Position numbers and translations under genes: made by a program. Under the pieces are notes generated by a model. It ran no database searches. It was given only the letters and a program-made list of their open reading frames with translations, and was not told where the DNA came from. From Candidatus Aminicenantes bacterium (GTDB lineage Bacteria; Acidobacteriota; Aminicenantia; Aminicenantales; Aminicenantaceae), in contig JAWLEN010000004.1 of NCBI GenBank assembly GCA_041686095.1, positions 1 to 51,290 of the forward strand: DNA of 51,290 nucleotides. The letters run 5' to 3'. Shown in pieces: positions 18,251-27,515 of the stretch; within the stretch, counting starts at the first letter, position 1; every line of letters starts with the position of its first letter.

Positions 18251-20301
18251 TCTTGACCTCCTCCCCTTAGATTTAATCTAAACTCTGTACTTAAAGTCTT
18301 GATAATCTTTTCTTGGAAGCTGTCCGCTTCTTCTGCAAGCAGAGTTCTTTCAGGGTGTCGGAAAACAAAACGAAAGGATAGGCTCACCTTATCTTTGGAT
18401 ATTCCCTCCCCAACAAATCTGTCATACAGCACATAATCCTCAAGATATGGTATGTTCAACTTTTCAATACAGTTCTTAATTTCCTGATAACTTACATCCT
18501 GATCAGCCATAAAAGAAATATCACGGACAATTCCAGGATAACGGCTTACAGGTGAATACTTAAAAGGCTTAGGCTGTTTTTCCAGCAAACTCCCAAGATT
18601 TATTTCTGCAGCCCAGACTGGTTCCTGAATAGAATAAGCCTCCACTATAGACTCCCTGACCCCCCCTAAATTCCCAATCTTTTCTCCTTTAAAACGCAAA
18701 CAGAGCGAGTAATTTTTCTCAAAAAAAGGATGTTCTTCTCTAGAAAACGAAAAATCATCAAACTTTAGATACCTGAGTAGTTCCTCACAAGTTCCTTTTA
18801 AGTGGAAAAAATCTGATCTCTCAGGTTCTTCCTGCCAAAAAACTGGATCTAACTGTCCCATGCCTGCAAAACCTAAAAAATATCTTTCAAAACACTTCCC
18901 ATCTTTTTGAAAAAACACATTGCTTATTTCAAATACATGAACTCCTTCGGCCCCTCTGTTCACATTCCAGGCAATATTCCCAAGCAATCCTTCAATAAGG
19001 GTCGTCCTCAATAAGGACGCTTTTGAAGATATCGGATTTCTTATCTCAACAGCTTCTAATCCGGTCTCAAAAAGCTTTTCTTTCTCAGAATCCATAAAGC
19101 TGAAATTAACCACTTCATCAAATCCTTCATGAAATAAAAGTTCTCTAATATTGTCTTCGACCTCTTTTTTCTTATTGACCTCTAAGTCAATTCCTTGGAG
19201 TACAGGAATATGAGAGGGTATCTTGTCATATCCATAAAAACGTGCTATTTCTTCTATAAGATCAGCTTCCCTGTCAATATCCACCCTAAAATAGGGAACC
19301 TTAACTCTCCATATCCCTTCCCTCTGGTTCTCTAACTCAAATCCAATCCTCTTTAAAAAATCTATAATAAATCCTTCCTCTATTTCAATCCCCAGCAGTT
19401 CTGAGACACGGTGGTGTCGCAGGACAACAGTCTTCTTTTTTCTAGGCTTGGGATAAATGTCAATCATGCCCTTGAGCGCTTTCCCTCCTATCTGAGTTAA
19501 TAAAGAGGCTGTCATCCGAGCTGCTTCCGGAGGAAAAGAAATATCTGTTCCTCTTTCAAAGCGATAAGACGCGTCTGTTTGAATTCCTATTTTCTTCCAC
19601 GTCTTGCGAATAGAAACAGGATCAAAACAAGCGCTTTCAATGAATATATCTCTGGTTTCTTCTGTAACAGAGGTCTCTTCTCCGCCTATAACACCAGCAA
19701 GGGCTACAGGTCTTTTATCGTCTGCGATAACCAACATTTCATTAGTAAGGCTGATGGTATCACCAGTTAGCGCTTTCAATTCCTCTCCCTTTCGGGCTTT
19801 TCTAACCAATATTTTGTTTCCCTTGAGTCTATTTAAATCAAAAGCATGGATAGGCTGTGCCGTTGAAAATAAAACATAATTGGTTATATCAACAACATTA
19901 TTCACCGGAGATAACCCCATTGCCCGGATCATCCTCATCAACCATGGAGGAGAAGGGTCTACTGGGAAATCTTTAACAATCATGCCACAATATCTAGGGC
20001 TTAAGTCTACTTCTAATACCTGCACATCAAAGGCATCCGATATTTCTTCTGTGCTCTCAATCAAAGGAAATTTCCGTTCTGTTAAGGAAATCCCCAGGCA
20101 GGCAGCAATTTCCCTTGCTACTCCCAAATGCCCCAGGGTATCAGGCCGATTAGCATATGTTTCAAGTTCCAGCACCACATCTCCGTCTTGTTCCTCCCAA
20201 TGATCCACCAATAGACCAATATTATTCATTTCCTCTATGAGTTTTTCCGGGGATAATTTTATATTTAGATATTGTTTTAACCAATTTATGCTTATCTTCA
20301 T
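18247..20301 (-). CDS. pheT: Phenylalanine--tRNA ligase beta subunit (short form)
   Basis: 684 aa. It has the N-terminal 'MKISINWLKQYL' B1 helix, B3/4 and B5 regions, a B6/7 region and a C-terminal ferredoxin-fold anticodon-binding domain. It follows pheS directly. Confidence 0.95.
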   Translation of the reverse strand: MKISINWLKQYLNIKLSPEKLIEEMNNIGLLVDHWEEQDGDVVLELETYANRPDTLGHLGVAREIAACLGISLTERKFPLIESTEEISDAFDVQVLEVDLSPRYCGMIVKDFPVDPSPPWLMRMIRAMGLSPVNNVVDITNYVLFSTAQPIHAFDLNRLKGNKILVRKARKGEELKALTGDTISLTNEMLVIADDKRPVALAGVIGGEETSVTEETRDIFIESACFDPVSIRKTWKKIGIQTDASYRFERGTDISFPPEAARMTASLLTQIGGKALKGMIDIYPKPRKKKTVVLRHHRVSELLGIEIEEGFIIDFLKRIGFELENQREGIWRVKVPYFRVDIDREADLIEEIARFYGYDKIPSHIPVLQGIDLEVNKKKEVEDNIRELLFHEGFDEVVNFSFMDSEKEKLFETGLEAVEIRNPISSKASLLRTTLIEGLLGNIAWNVNRGAEGVHVFEISNVFFQKDGKCFERYFLGFAGMGQLDPVFWQEEPERSDFFHLKGTCEELLRYLKFDDFSFSREEHPFFEKNYSLCLRFKGEKIGNLGGVRESIVEAYSIQEPVWAAEINLGSLLEKQPKPFKYSPVSRYPGIVRDISFMADQDVSYQEIKNCIEKLNIPYLEDYVLYDRFVGEGISKDKVSLSFRFVFRHPERTLLAEEADSFQEKIIKTLSTEFRLNLRGGGQD

Positions 20302-20302
20302 T

Positions 20303-21331
20303 TTAAGAAAACTGCCTTATAAATCTTAAGTCGTTCTCATAAAAATTCCTGAGGTCAGGAATCCGAAAGGAAAACATGGCGGTTCTATCAATGCCCATTC
20401 CAAAAGCAAATCCCGAGTATTTCTCAGGATCAATATTGACATTCTTTAAAACTTGAGGATCAACCATCCCAGCTCCGAGAATCTCAATCCATCCGCTTCC
20501 ACCACATACTCGGCAATTCGGATCTTTGCCTCCGCAGACTGTACACACAATATCTACTTCAGCAGAGGGCTCAGTGAAAGGAAAAAAGCTGGGTCTGAAC
20601 CTAATTTTAATCTTTTCATTGTAGAGCGCTTTGAGAAAACACTCTAAGGTGCCTTTGAGATGGGCAAATGTGATACCTAAATCAACCACTAATCCTTCCA
20701 CTTGGAAAAACATAGGGATATGGGTGGGATCCGGCGTTTCCCTCCGATATACTTTGCCAGGATTTATCATTCTTATAGGAGGTTTCTTTTTTTCCATAAC
20801 TCTTATTTGAACTGGGGATGTATGAGTTCTCAGAAGCAAATCATCATTTATATAAAGAGTATCCCAGTCATCCCGGGCTGGGTGGTGAGGCGGGAAATTG
20901 AGAGCCCCAAAATTATAATAGTCTGTTTCAATTTCAGGACCATCTTCTATGGAAAAGCCCATCAATACAAAAATCTGTTCAATCTTCTTTTTATAAAGCA
21001 AAATAGGATGAGGCGCTCCCCTGTATCTTCTTTTGCCGGGAAGAGTCAGATCTACCTTAGATTTAATATACTTTGGTTCTTTGAGTTCTTTGGAATGTTC
21101 TTCCAGCTTTTTTTGAACATAATCCTTTAATTCATTAATCTGTTTCCCGATTTCTGGCCTTTCTCCAGGAGAAACATTTTTTAACTCTTTAAGAAGGAGT
21201 GTTACGCGGCCCTTTTTACGGCTTAAATATCTATTTCTCAGCTCTTTTAAAGCCTCTTCATCTTTAATTTGAACCAACCCTTCATCAAAGTTATTTTTCA
21301 GGACCTTGATCTTGTTTCTTATATTTTCCAT
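20303..21331 (-). CDS. pheS: Phenylalanine--tRNA ligase alpha subunit
   Basis: It has class II motifs including 'FFPFTEPSAEVD' and 'GFAFGMGIDR'. Confidence 0.97.
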   Translation of the reverse strand: MENIRNKIKVLKNNFDEGLVQIKDEEALKELRNRYLSRKKGRVTLLLKELKNVSPGERPEIGKQINELKDYVQKKLEEHSKELKEPKYIKSKVDLTLPGKRRYRGAPHPILLYKKKIEQIFVLMGFSIEDGPEIETDYYNFGALNFPPHHPARDDWDTLYINDDLLLRTHTSPVQIRVMEKKKPPIRMINPGKVYRRETPDPTHIPMFFQVEGLVVDLGITFAHLKGTLECFLKALYNEKIKIRFRPSFFPFTEPSAEVDIVCTVCGGKDPNCRVCGGSGWIEILGAGMVDPQVLKNVNIDPEKYSGFAFGMGIDRTAMFSFRIPDLRNFYENDLRFIRQFS

Positions 21332-21346
21332 CTAAAGCTATCTTTC

Positions 21347-21703
21347 TTAGCGATAAACTTCCTTTGCTTTTTTAACGATCTGAGAAAATGTATCAGGAGA
21401 AGTAACAGCAAGATCAGCCAATACTTTTCTATTCAGCTCTATTTTTTGCTTCTTTAAACCATTAATGAACTGGCTATAGGAAATATCGTGACGGTTGGCT
21501 GCAGCCTTAATCCTGGTGATCCACAATCGTCTTAAATCTCTTTTTCTGTTTCTTCGATCTCTATAAGAGTACTGAAGGGCTCTTTCTACAGCCTCTTTGG
21601 CGGTTTTATAATTATGACTTCTTGCTCCCCAATAACCTTTGGCCTGTTTAAGTATTTTTGATCTTCGCTTCCTTCTTTTTGTTCCTCTTTTAACTCTAGG
21701 CAT
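21347..21703 (-). CDS. rplT: 50S ribosomal protein L20
   Basis: '[19 protein letters not shown]...'; 118 aa. Confidence 0.97.
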   Translation of the reverse strand: MPRVKRGTKRRKRRSKILKQAKGYWGARSHNYKTAKEAVERALQYSYRDRRNRKRDLRRLWITRIKAAANRHDISYSQFINGLKKQKIELNRKVLADLAVTSPDTFSQIVKKAKEVYR

Positions 21704-21784
21704 TTTATTTCTCCCTCTAAAAAGTTTGTTTTCTTTTGCTCACCATTTGTTCAGATATAAGTCTCCTGTAAGTAATGGCTTGTA

Positions 21785-21985
21785 TTAGAAATCATAAGGC
21801 AGCATTCTTTTTATTCGATTCCGATCCGCAGTCTGTATCTGACCTGGTTTTCTTAACCTCCTTTTTCTTTTTGCCGACTTTTTAGTAAGTATATGCCCTC
21901 TACAGGCCTTACTATATATGATTTTCTTGTTTTTGGTTACCTTAAACCTTTTCTTTGCGCCTTTATGTGTTTTCAGTTTTGGCAT
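21785..21985 (-). CDS. rpmI: 50S ribosomal protein L35
   Basis: 'MPKLKTHKGAKKRFKVT'; 66 aa. Confidence 0.97.
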   Translation of the reverse strand: MPKLKTHKGAKKRFKVTKNKKIIYSKACRGHILTKKSAKRKRRLRKPGQIQTADRNRIKRMLPYDF

Positions 21986-22538
21986 CTCTTTCTCCTGATT
22001 TAATGGGACTCAACAAGGTAGAAACCGCCCAAGGCTGCCTCCTCACTTTCCCATCCTGTTTTCCAAGGTCTTTAACATCTTCAAAAACCCTCTCTATGAT
22101 TTTATCAGCAAGCTCTGGCTTTGCTTTTTCGCGTCCCCTCAGCATAACAGTTACCTTTACTTTATTCCCTTCTTTTAGAAATCTCTCTATATGTCTCACC
22201 TTAAAGCTATAGTCATGAATACTGATTTTGGGTCTGAATTTAATCTCTTTGGTTTGAACTTGTTTCTGATGCTTTTTTGCTTCCTGTTCTTTTTTATGTA
22301 GATCATAAAGATATTTTCCATAGTCAAGGACGCGGCATACTGGAGGTTTTGCATTGGGTGCCACTTCTACAAGATCTAAATCTTTTTCCTGAGCCAGTGA
22401 TAATGCTTTTTCTATGGGAACTATTCCGACTTGTTTTTTATTTTCATCTATGAGTCTCACTTTTCTAGCCCTGATCTTTTCATTAATCCTATGCGGTTTT
22501 TTATCCCTTTTTCTTGGATAAAACTTAGGTTTTACGAT
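21963..22538 (-). CDS. infC: Translation initiation factor IF-3 (non-AUG start inferred)
   Basis: It carries 'INEKIRARKVRLIDE', 'CRVLDYGKYLY' and 'KEIKFRPKISIHDY'. The conserved N-terminus lies upstream of the first GTG (22460). The frame stays open back to three ATC codons (22544..22536) placed just after AGGAGG (22550..22545). The exact start among the ATC codons is uncertain. Confidence 0.9.
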   Translation of the reverse strand: MVKPKFYPRKRDKKPHRINEKIRARKVRLIDENKKQVGIVPIEKALSLAQEKDLDLVEVAPNAKPPVCRVLDYGKYLYDLHKKEQEAKKHQKQVQTKEIKFRPKISIHDYSFKVRHIERFLKEGNKVKVTVMLRGREKAKPELADKIIERVFEDVKDLGKQDGKVRRQPWAVSTLLSPIKSGERDAKTENT

Positions 22539-22550
22539 GATGATCCTCCT

Positions 22551-24317
22551 TTAAAGAATGATTTCTAAGTCTTTATTTTCTTTTAAATCCAACATTTTTT
22601 CAAGAAGCTCTTTGAAATTATAGGAACCCTTATCTCCTTCTGTATGGACTCGAACAGAAACCGTTTCTCTCTCCATCTCTTTATCTCCCACCACAAGAAT
22701 AACCGGTATTTTGTCTTTCTCAGCATCTCTTATCTTGTAGCCTAATTTCTCTCTTCGTTTGTCTACTTCTGTTCTTATTTCTCTTTTCTTCAGTTCCTGC
22801 TTCAACTGGTCTGCATATGAATTATGCCTGTCAGCAATAGGAATAATTATGGCTTGAACTGGAGCCAGCCAGAAGGGAAAGTTCCCATTATAATGTTCTA
22901 TTAAAATCCCGAAAAACCTCTCTAAAGAACCGAGCAGGGCTCTGTGAATCATAAAAGGTCGGTGAAATTCACCGTCTTCGCCCACATAAGTTAAATCAAA
23001 TTTTTCTGACAGATTGAAATCCAGTTGAATGGTGGTGCACTGCCAGGATCTATTGAGAGCATCTTTGATCTTTATATCGATCTTAGGTCCATAAAAAACT
23101 CCTTCTCCTTCATCCACACTAAAGTCAATTTTTTCTTCTTGGAGTGCCTTTTCCAATGCCTTGGTGGCTTCATCCCAATCCTGCACAGAGCCGCTAAATT
23201 TTTTAGGGCGGGTTGAAAGATAAACATCAAATTCCTCAAATCCAAAAGTTTTCAGGACTCTTAGAGCCATTGAAATCGTTCTTCTGATTTCCTCTTCTAA
23301 TTGATCTGAGCGGCAAAAAATATGGGCATCATCTTGAGTGAAACCCCTGACCCTAAGCAGTCCATGCAGAACACCTCCCCGCTCATATCGATACACCGTA
23401 CCCAACTCAGCCCATCTTAAAGGTAGTTCTCGATAGCTTCTCTGGGAAGATTGATAGACCATAATATGAAAAGGACAGTTCATCGGTTTCAATTGGTATT
23501 CCACATTATCGCTTATTAAAGGCGGGTATAAGGCATCATAAAATTCAGTGTGACCACTTGTTCTCCAAACATCCAGTTTGGCTATATGAGGAGAGTAGAT
23601 AAGGTCATATCCCTCTTTTTGGTGTTCTCTCCTCCAAAAATCCTCTATAACAGCTCTTACAGCAGCTCCCTTAGGATGCCACAGGATCAGACCTCCTCCT
23701 AACCTTTCGTCAGTACTGAAAAGGTCCAATTCAGGCCCTAGTTTTCTGTGATCCCGTTTCTTTGCTTCCTCCAGCATCTGAAGATAATCCTTTAGATCCT
23801 TCTCCTTAAAAAAGACAGTGCCGTAAATTCTCTGAAGCTGTTGACCGCTTTCATCTCCTTTCCAATAGGCTCCTGATACAGAAAGCAGTTTAAAATGCTT
23901 TATGGCTCCTGTAGAAGGAACATGAGGGCCTAAGCAAAAATCAACAAAATCTCCCTGCTGATAACAGGTGACTTTGTCACCCCCTTTTTCTTTTATCAAT
24001 TCAACTTTTAAATCTTGACCTAAATCTTGAAAAAGTTCAACAGCTTCTTGTTTGGAGCAGGTGAATTTTTCTAAAGGGATATCCTGCTCTGAAATCTCTT
24101 TCATCCTCTTTTCTATGAGTTTCAAATCTTCCTGAGTAAACGGCTCATCTCTTAAAAAATCATAATAGAAGCCATCTTCCACAGCTGGACCTACTCCTGT
24201 TTGAGTCCCTGGGAATAGTCCTAGGACAGCATGGGCTAATAGATGAGAAGCGCTGTGTCTTAAAATATCCAAACTGTAATCAAATTCTTTGTTCTCTTTT
24301 TTATGCATCCTTAACAA
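22551..24317 (-). CDS. thrS: Threonine--tRNA ligase (no N-terminal TGS domain)
   Basis: 588 aa. It has editing-domain motifs 'RHSASHLLAHA' and 'CLGPHV', a class II core and an anticodon-binding C-terminus. ATG at 24308 (MHKKE...) is the likely true start. Confidence 0.97.
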   Translation of the reverse strand: MLRMHKKENKEFDYSLDILRHSASHLLAHAVLGLFPGTQTGVGPAVEDGFYYDFLRDEPFTQEDLKLIEKRMKEISEQDIPLEKFTCSKQEAVELFQDLGQDLKVELIKEKGGDKVTCYQQGDFVDFCLGPHVPSTGAIKHFKLLSVSGAYWKGDESGQQLQRIYGTVFFKEKDLKDYLQMLEEAKKRDHRKLGPELDLFSTDERLGGGLILWHPKGAAVRAVIEDFWRREHQKEGYDLIYSPHIAKLDVWRTSGHTEFYDALYPPLISDNVEYQLKPMNCPFHIMVYQSSQRSYRELPLRWAELGTVYRYERGGVLHGLLRVRGFTQDDAHIFCRSDQLEEEIRRTISMALRVLKTFGFEEFDVYLSTRPKKFSGSVQDWDEATKALEKALQEEKIDFSVDEGEGVFYGPKIDIKIKDALNRSWQCTTIQLDFNLSEKFDLTYVGEDGEFHRPFMIHRALLGSLERFFGILIEHYNGNFPFWLAPVQAIIIPIADRHNSYADQLKQELKKREIRTEVDKRREKLGYKIRDAEKDKIPVILVVGDKEMERETVSVRVHTEGDKGSYNFKELLEKMLDLKENKDLEIIL

Positions 24318-24490
24318 TCCATATAGAATATTTTCTTTTTGTTTTGTGTCCTGACTTAACCCCCAAAGAAGAGGACAGATTTTTCAAATTAGGCTTAATC
24401 TTTCTATATAACGGAAAAAATCAATCTTCATCTTAAGGTTGAGCAATTGGACTATGTTTTTTTCTGCAAAACATCATCTTTTTCCTAAAG

Positions 24491-24565
24491 TGGTAGGCGC
24501 GGAGGGTATCGAACCCTCGACCTCTTCCGCGTCAAGGAAGCACTCTCCCACTGAGCTACGCGCCT
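24491..24565 (-). tRNA. tRNA-Val (anticodon GAC), CCA encoded
   Basis: Reverse complement reads AGGCGCG-TA-GCTC-AGTGGGA-GAGT-G-CTTCC-TTGACGC-GGAAG-AGGTC-GAGGG-TTCGATA-CCCTC-CGCGCCT-ACCA. The acceptor has 7 perfect base pairs, the T-loop is TTCGATA, and the anticodon loop is TT-GAC-GC. Confidence 0.95.
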
Positions 24566-24639
24566 TCTTCCTATTCACAAGCTTATATATATTAAAGGTT
24601 TAAATTAACTCTGTCAATAAAAATAGACTGCCGAAAACC

Positions 24640-25122
24640 TCACAAATTTACGATCTCAGCTCTTAAATCTTTCAGGGAAAGAAGGGCTACTGAAAGCTTT
24701 CCAGTCAGCCACCCTCCGGCTTCACCGGGATTTATGATTAAGGTCTGTAAATCTTTATTTATCTTTGGCTTATGGGTGTGTCCATAGATGATGACATCAT
24801 AATCACCGGTGGCTTTGTACTCAGACACCTTAAAATGAGTGTGAGTGACTAAAAATTTCACTCCTTTATAAGTGAATTTAAGAGGTTCTTCCTTTATAGT
24901 TCCTATGGATTTAAAAGCCTTTCTCAGACCTTGTTTCTCTCCATCGCAGTTGCCAAAAACAGCTTTGACAGGACAGTTAAGTTCCTCCAGTTTTTTTGCT
25001 GCAAAAGGGGCGATAAAATCACCGGCATGGATAACAAGGTCGCATTTTGCGCTGTTAAAAAACATAACTGCTTTTTTTAGGGCATGACAATTATCATGAG
25101 AATCTGACATAATACCTATCAT
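24640..25122 (-). CDS. YfcE/MJ0936-family metallophosphoesterase
   Basis: 160 aa with 'MSDSHDN', 'HAGDF', 'GNCDG' and 'GHTHKP' metal-ligand motifs. AAGGAG SD upstream. Confidence 0.85.
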   Translation of the reverse strand: MIGIMSDSHDNCHALKKAVMFFNSAKCDLVIHAGDFIAPFAAKKLEELNCPVKAVFGNCDGEKQGLRKAFKSIGTIKEEPLKFTYKGVKFLVTHTHFKVSEYKATGDYDVIIYGHTHKPKINKDLQTLIINPGEAGGWLTGKLSVALLSLKDLRAEIVNL

Positions 25123-25252
25123 TTGTGATTTCTCCTTCTATATATTAATATTACAAACTCTAACCCGAATTTCAATACGGTGAGCTTGTATCCTGGTTCA
25201 TTCTATATTAAAATAAGTGATTCTTTTGGACTCTAAACATAAGGAGATAAAG

Positions 25253-26557
25253 ATGAAAAAAGCCATCATCATGGGAGCAGCCGGAAGAGACTTCCATAAT
25301 TTTAATGTTCACTTAAGAAAGAATGACAATTACAGAGTGGTTGCGTTCACAGCAACTCAAATACCTGACATTGAGGGAAGAAAGTATCCATCTGAATTAT
25401 CTGGAGAGCTTTACCCTGATGGGATTCCGATCCATCCTGAAGACAAGCTGACGGAATTGATAAAGGAAAACAACATAGATGAAGTCTTTTTCTCCTACAG
25501 CGATGTGCCTCATGAGTATGTGATGCATAAAGCTTCACAAGTGCAGGCAGCCGGAGCCAGTTTTTCTCTGCTCGGTCCTAAGGAAACCATGTTAAAAAGT
25601 CAGCGTCCTCTGATCTCAGTATGTGCTGTCAGAACAGGCTGCGGAAAAAGTCAGACCACCAGAAAAATCGCTAAGATGCTCAAAGAAAAAGGGAAAAAAG
25701 TAGTGGTGATACGGCACCCTATGCCTTATGGAGATTTAGCCAAACAAGCTGTCCAAAGGTTTGCCACTTATGAGGATATGATAAAGCATGACTGCACTAT
25801 CGAGGAAATGGAAGAGTATGAACCCCATATCAAAGAAGGAATCGTGGTCTATGCTGGTGTTGACTATGGGGAAATACTTAAAAAAGCAGAACAAGAGGCT
25901 GATATCATTTTATGGGATGGTGGAAATAACGACATTCCTTTTTATTGGTCTGATCCCGCTATCGTGGTGGCAGACCCTCATAGACCTGGACATGAACTTT
26001 TATACTATCCGGGTGAGACAAACTTCAGACTCGCTGATGTCATTGTTATAAACAAGATGGACACAGCTGAAAAGGAAAATGTAGAAAGCATCATAAAAAA
26101 TATTCAGAAGTTCAATCCTAAGGCAAAAATAATCAAAGCAAACTCAGTCATCAAAGTTAAAGACGAACAGGAAATTTCAGGCAAAAAAGTACTGGTTATA
26201 GAAGATGGCCCTACGCTGACTCATGGAGAGATGGAATACGGAGCTGGAATTGTGGCTGCTGAAAAATACGGTGCTTCGCAAATCATTGATCCAAGACCTT
26301 TTGCTGTGGGGAGCATCAAAAAAACTTTTGAAAAGTATTCCCATTTAGACAGAGTTCTCCCTGCCATGGGATACGGGAAAAAACAAATCGAAGAATTAGC
26401 CCAGACCATCGATAACAGCCAATGCGATCTAGTGGTCAGTGGAACTCCAATTGACCTGGGAAGACTCATAAAAACAAATAAGAAAATACTTCGTATCTCC
26501 TATGACCTAGAAGAAATCGGCTCACCTAACCTCACTGAAATCCTAAGCCAATTCTGA
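25253..26557 (+). CDS. Predicted P-loop GTPase, COG2403 / cyclic 2,3-diphosphoglycerate synthetase-like family
   Basis: It has Walker A 'RTGCGKSQTT', Walker B-like 'DIILWDGGNND' and the guanine-specificity motif 'VINKMD'. The N-terminal 'MKKAIIMGAAGRDFHNFNV' is recalled from COG2403-type proteins; this family call is from memory and unverified. AAGGAG lies 6 nt before ATG 25253. The GTG at 25217 is rejected. Confidence 0.6.
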   Translation: MKKAIIMGAAGRDFHNFNVHLRKNDNYRVVAFTATQIPDIEGRKYPSELSGELYPDGIPIHPEDKLTELIKENNIDEVFFSYSDVPHEYVMHKASQVQAAGASFSLLGPKETMLKSQRPLISVCAVRTGCGKSQTTRKIAKMLKEKGKKVVVIRHPMPYGDLAKQAVQRFATYEDMIKHDCTIEEMEEYEPHIKEGIVVYAGVDYGEILKKAEQEADIILWDGGNNDIPFYWSDPAIVVADPHRPGHELLYYPGETNFRLADVIVINKMDTAEKENVESIIKNIQKFNPKAKIIKANSVIKVKDEQEISGKKVLVIEDGPTLTHGEMEYGAGIVAAEKYGASQIIDPRPFAVGSIKKTFEKYSHLDRVLPAMGYGKKQIEELAQTIDNSQCDLVVSGTPIDLGRLIKTNKKILRISYDLEEIGSPNLTEILSQF

Positions 26558-27507
26558 TGAAAAGAAAAATAGCATTAATCGCTTTTGGCGGGAATGCCAT
26601 CTTACCTAAAGAACAGCGCGGACTTCAATCTGAACAGATGAAGAACGCCCAGAAGGCAGCCCGATTGATAAGCCATATTGTAAAAAAAGGATATGATCCG
26701 ATTGTTGTCCATGGAAACGGCCCACAAGTTGGAAACCTCCTGATCCAAATGGAGGAGTCAATAAATAAGGTCCCTCCTTTCTCTCTTGAAGTCTGCGATG
26801 CCATGACTGAAGGAAGCATGGGATTTATGCTTGAAAAAGCGATCATAAATGAACTTAGGAAAAATTCAATAGATAAGCACATCGCTTCATTAATAACTCA
26901 AGTCGTGGTTGATAAAGAAGACCCTGCTTTCAACAATCCTACCAAGCCTGTAGGACCTTTCTATTCCAAATACAGAGCTCAAATGCTTAAACGGCAAAAA
27001 AAATGGGAAATGGTCGAAGACGCTGGAAGAGGATACAGAAAAGTGGTCCCTTCACCCAAACCCATAGATATAGTTCCTAAAAAAGTATTATACGACCTCG
27101 TTCATTCAGGAAAAATTGTCATAGCTGCTGGAGGAGGGGGGATTCCAGTTATCATCAATGGACGAGGCCTATTCCAAGGAGTCGAAGCTGTCATTGATAA
27201 AGATTTTGCTTCAAGTTTGATAGCGAGAGAAGCGGCTGCAGATCTTTTTATCATCCTTACCAACACCAAATGTGTGTATTTAAACTTTGGCACTCCCCGC
27301 GAAAAACCACTAAAAAAAATAACAATGGAACAGGCTTTGAAACACCTAAAAGAAGGGCAGTTTCCTCCAGGTTCAATGGGTCCGAAAATAGAAGCAGCAA
27401 TAGAATATATCAAAAACGGCGGCAAAAAAGTCATTATCACCTCCGCAAATCACCTGAAAGCAGCTCTGATCAATCGTTCCGGAACCACCATCATCCCGTC
27501 TCCTTAG
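26557..27507 (+). CDS. arcC: Carbamate kinase
   Basis: 316 aa amino-acid-kinase fold with 'IALIAFGGNAIL', 'VHGNGPQVGNLL' and 'IAAGGGGIPV'. The start ATG overlaps the upstream TGA as TGATG. Confidence 0.9.
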   Translation: MKRKIALIAFGGNAILPKEQRGLQSEQMKNAQKAARLISHIVKKGYDPIVVHGNGPQVGNLLIQMEESINKVPPFSLEVCDAMTEGSMGFMLEKAIINELRKNSIDKHIASLITQVVVDKEDPAFNNPTKPVGPFYSKYRAQMLKRQKKWEMVEDAGRGYRKVVPSPKPIDIVPKKVLYDLVHSGKIVIAAGGGGIPVIINGRGLFQGVEAVIDKDFASSLIAREAAADLFIILTNTKCVYLNFGTPREKPLKKITMEQALKHLKEGQFPPGSMGPKIEAAIEYIKNGGKKVIITSANHLKAALINRSGTTIIPSP

Positions 27508-27515
27508 GAGGGTCA

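Noticed and set aside
20702-21130. A 142-aa plus-strand ORF antisense to pheS
   Set aside because: It is a shadow ORF inside pheS. The same reasoning applies to the antisense ORFs listed within lptD, dxs, rny, pheT, dnaE, guaA, rnr and the polyferredoxin gene.
24318-24490. A T-box or operator-type leader upstream of thrS (also considered upstream of valS and pheS)
   Set aside because: There is no T-box consensus and no specifier/antiterminator architecture. Only a weak 6-bp hairpin (TGTCCT/AGGACA) is present, which is insufficient evidence.
25217-25252. GTG start at 25217 for the GTPase gene
   Set aside because: AAGGAG sits 6 nt before ATG 25253, and the conserved N-terminus starts at MKKAIIMGAAGRD.
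27270-27515. The 5' extension of ORF 27270..28427 (385 aa), which would overlap carbamate kinase by about 240 nt
   Set aside because: The extension translates to a basic, low-complexity string with no family similarity and lies out of frame inside the well-supported arcC. A perfect AGGAGG precedes ATG 27516, where the transcarbamylase-fold alignment begins.
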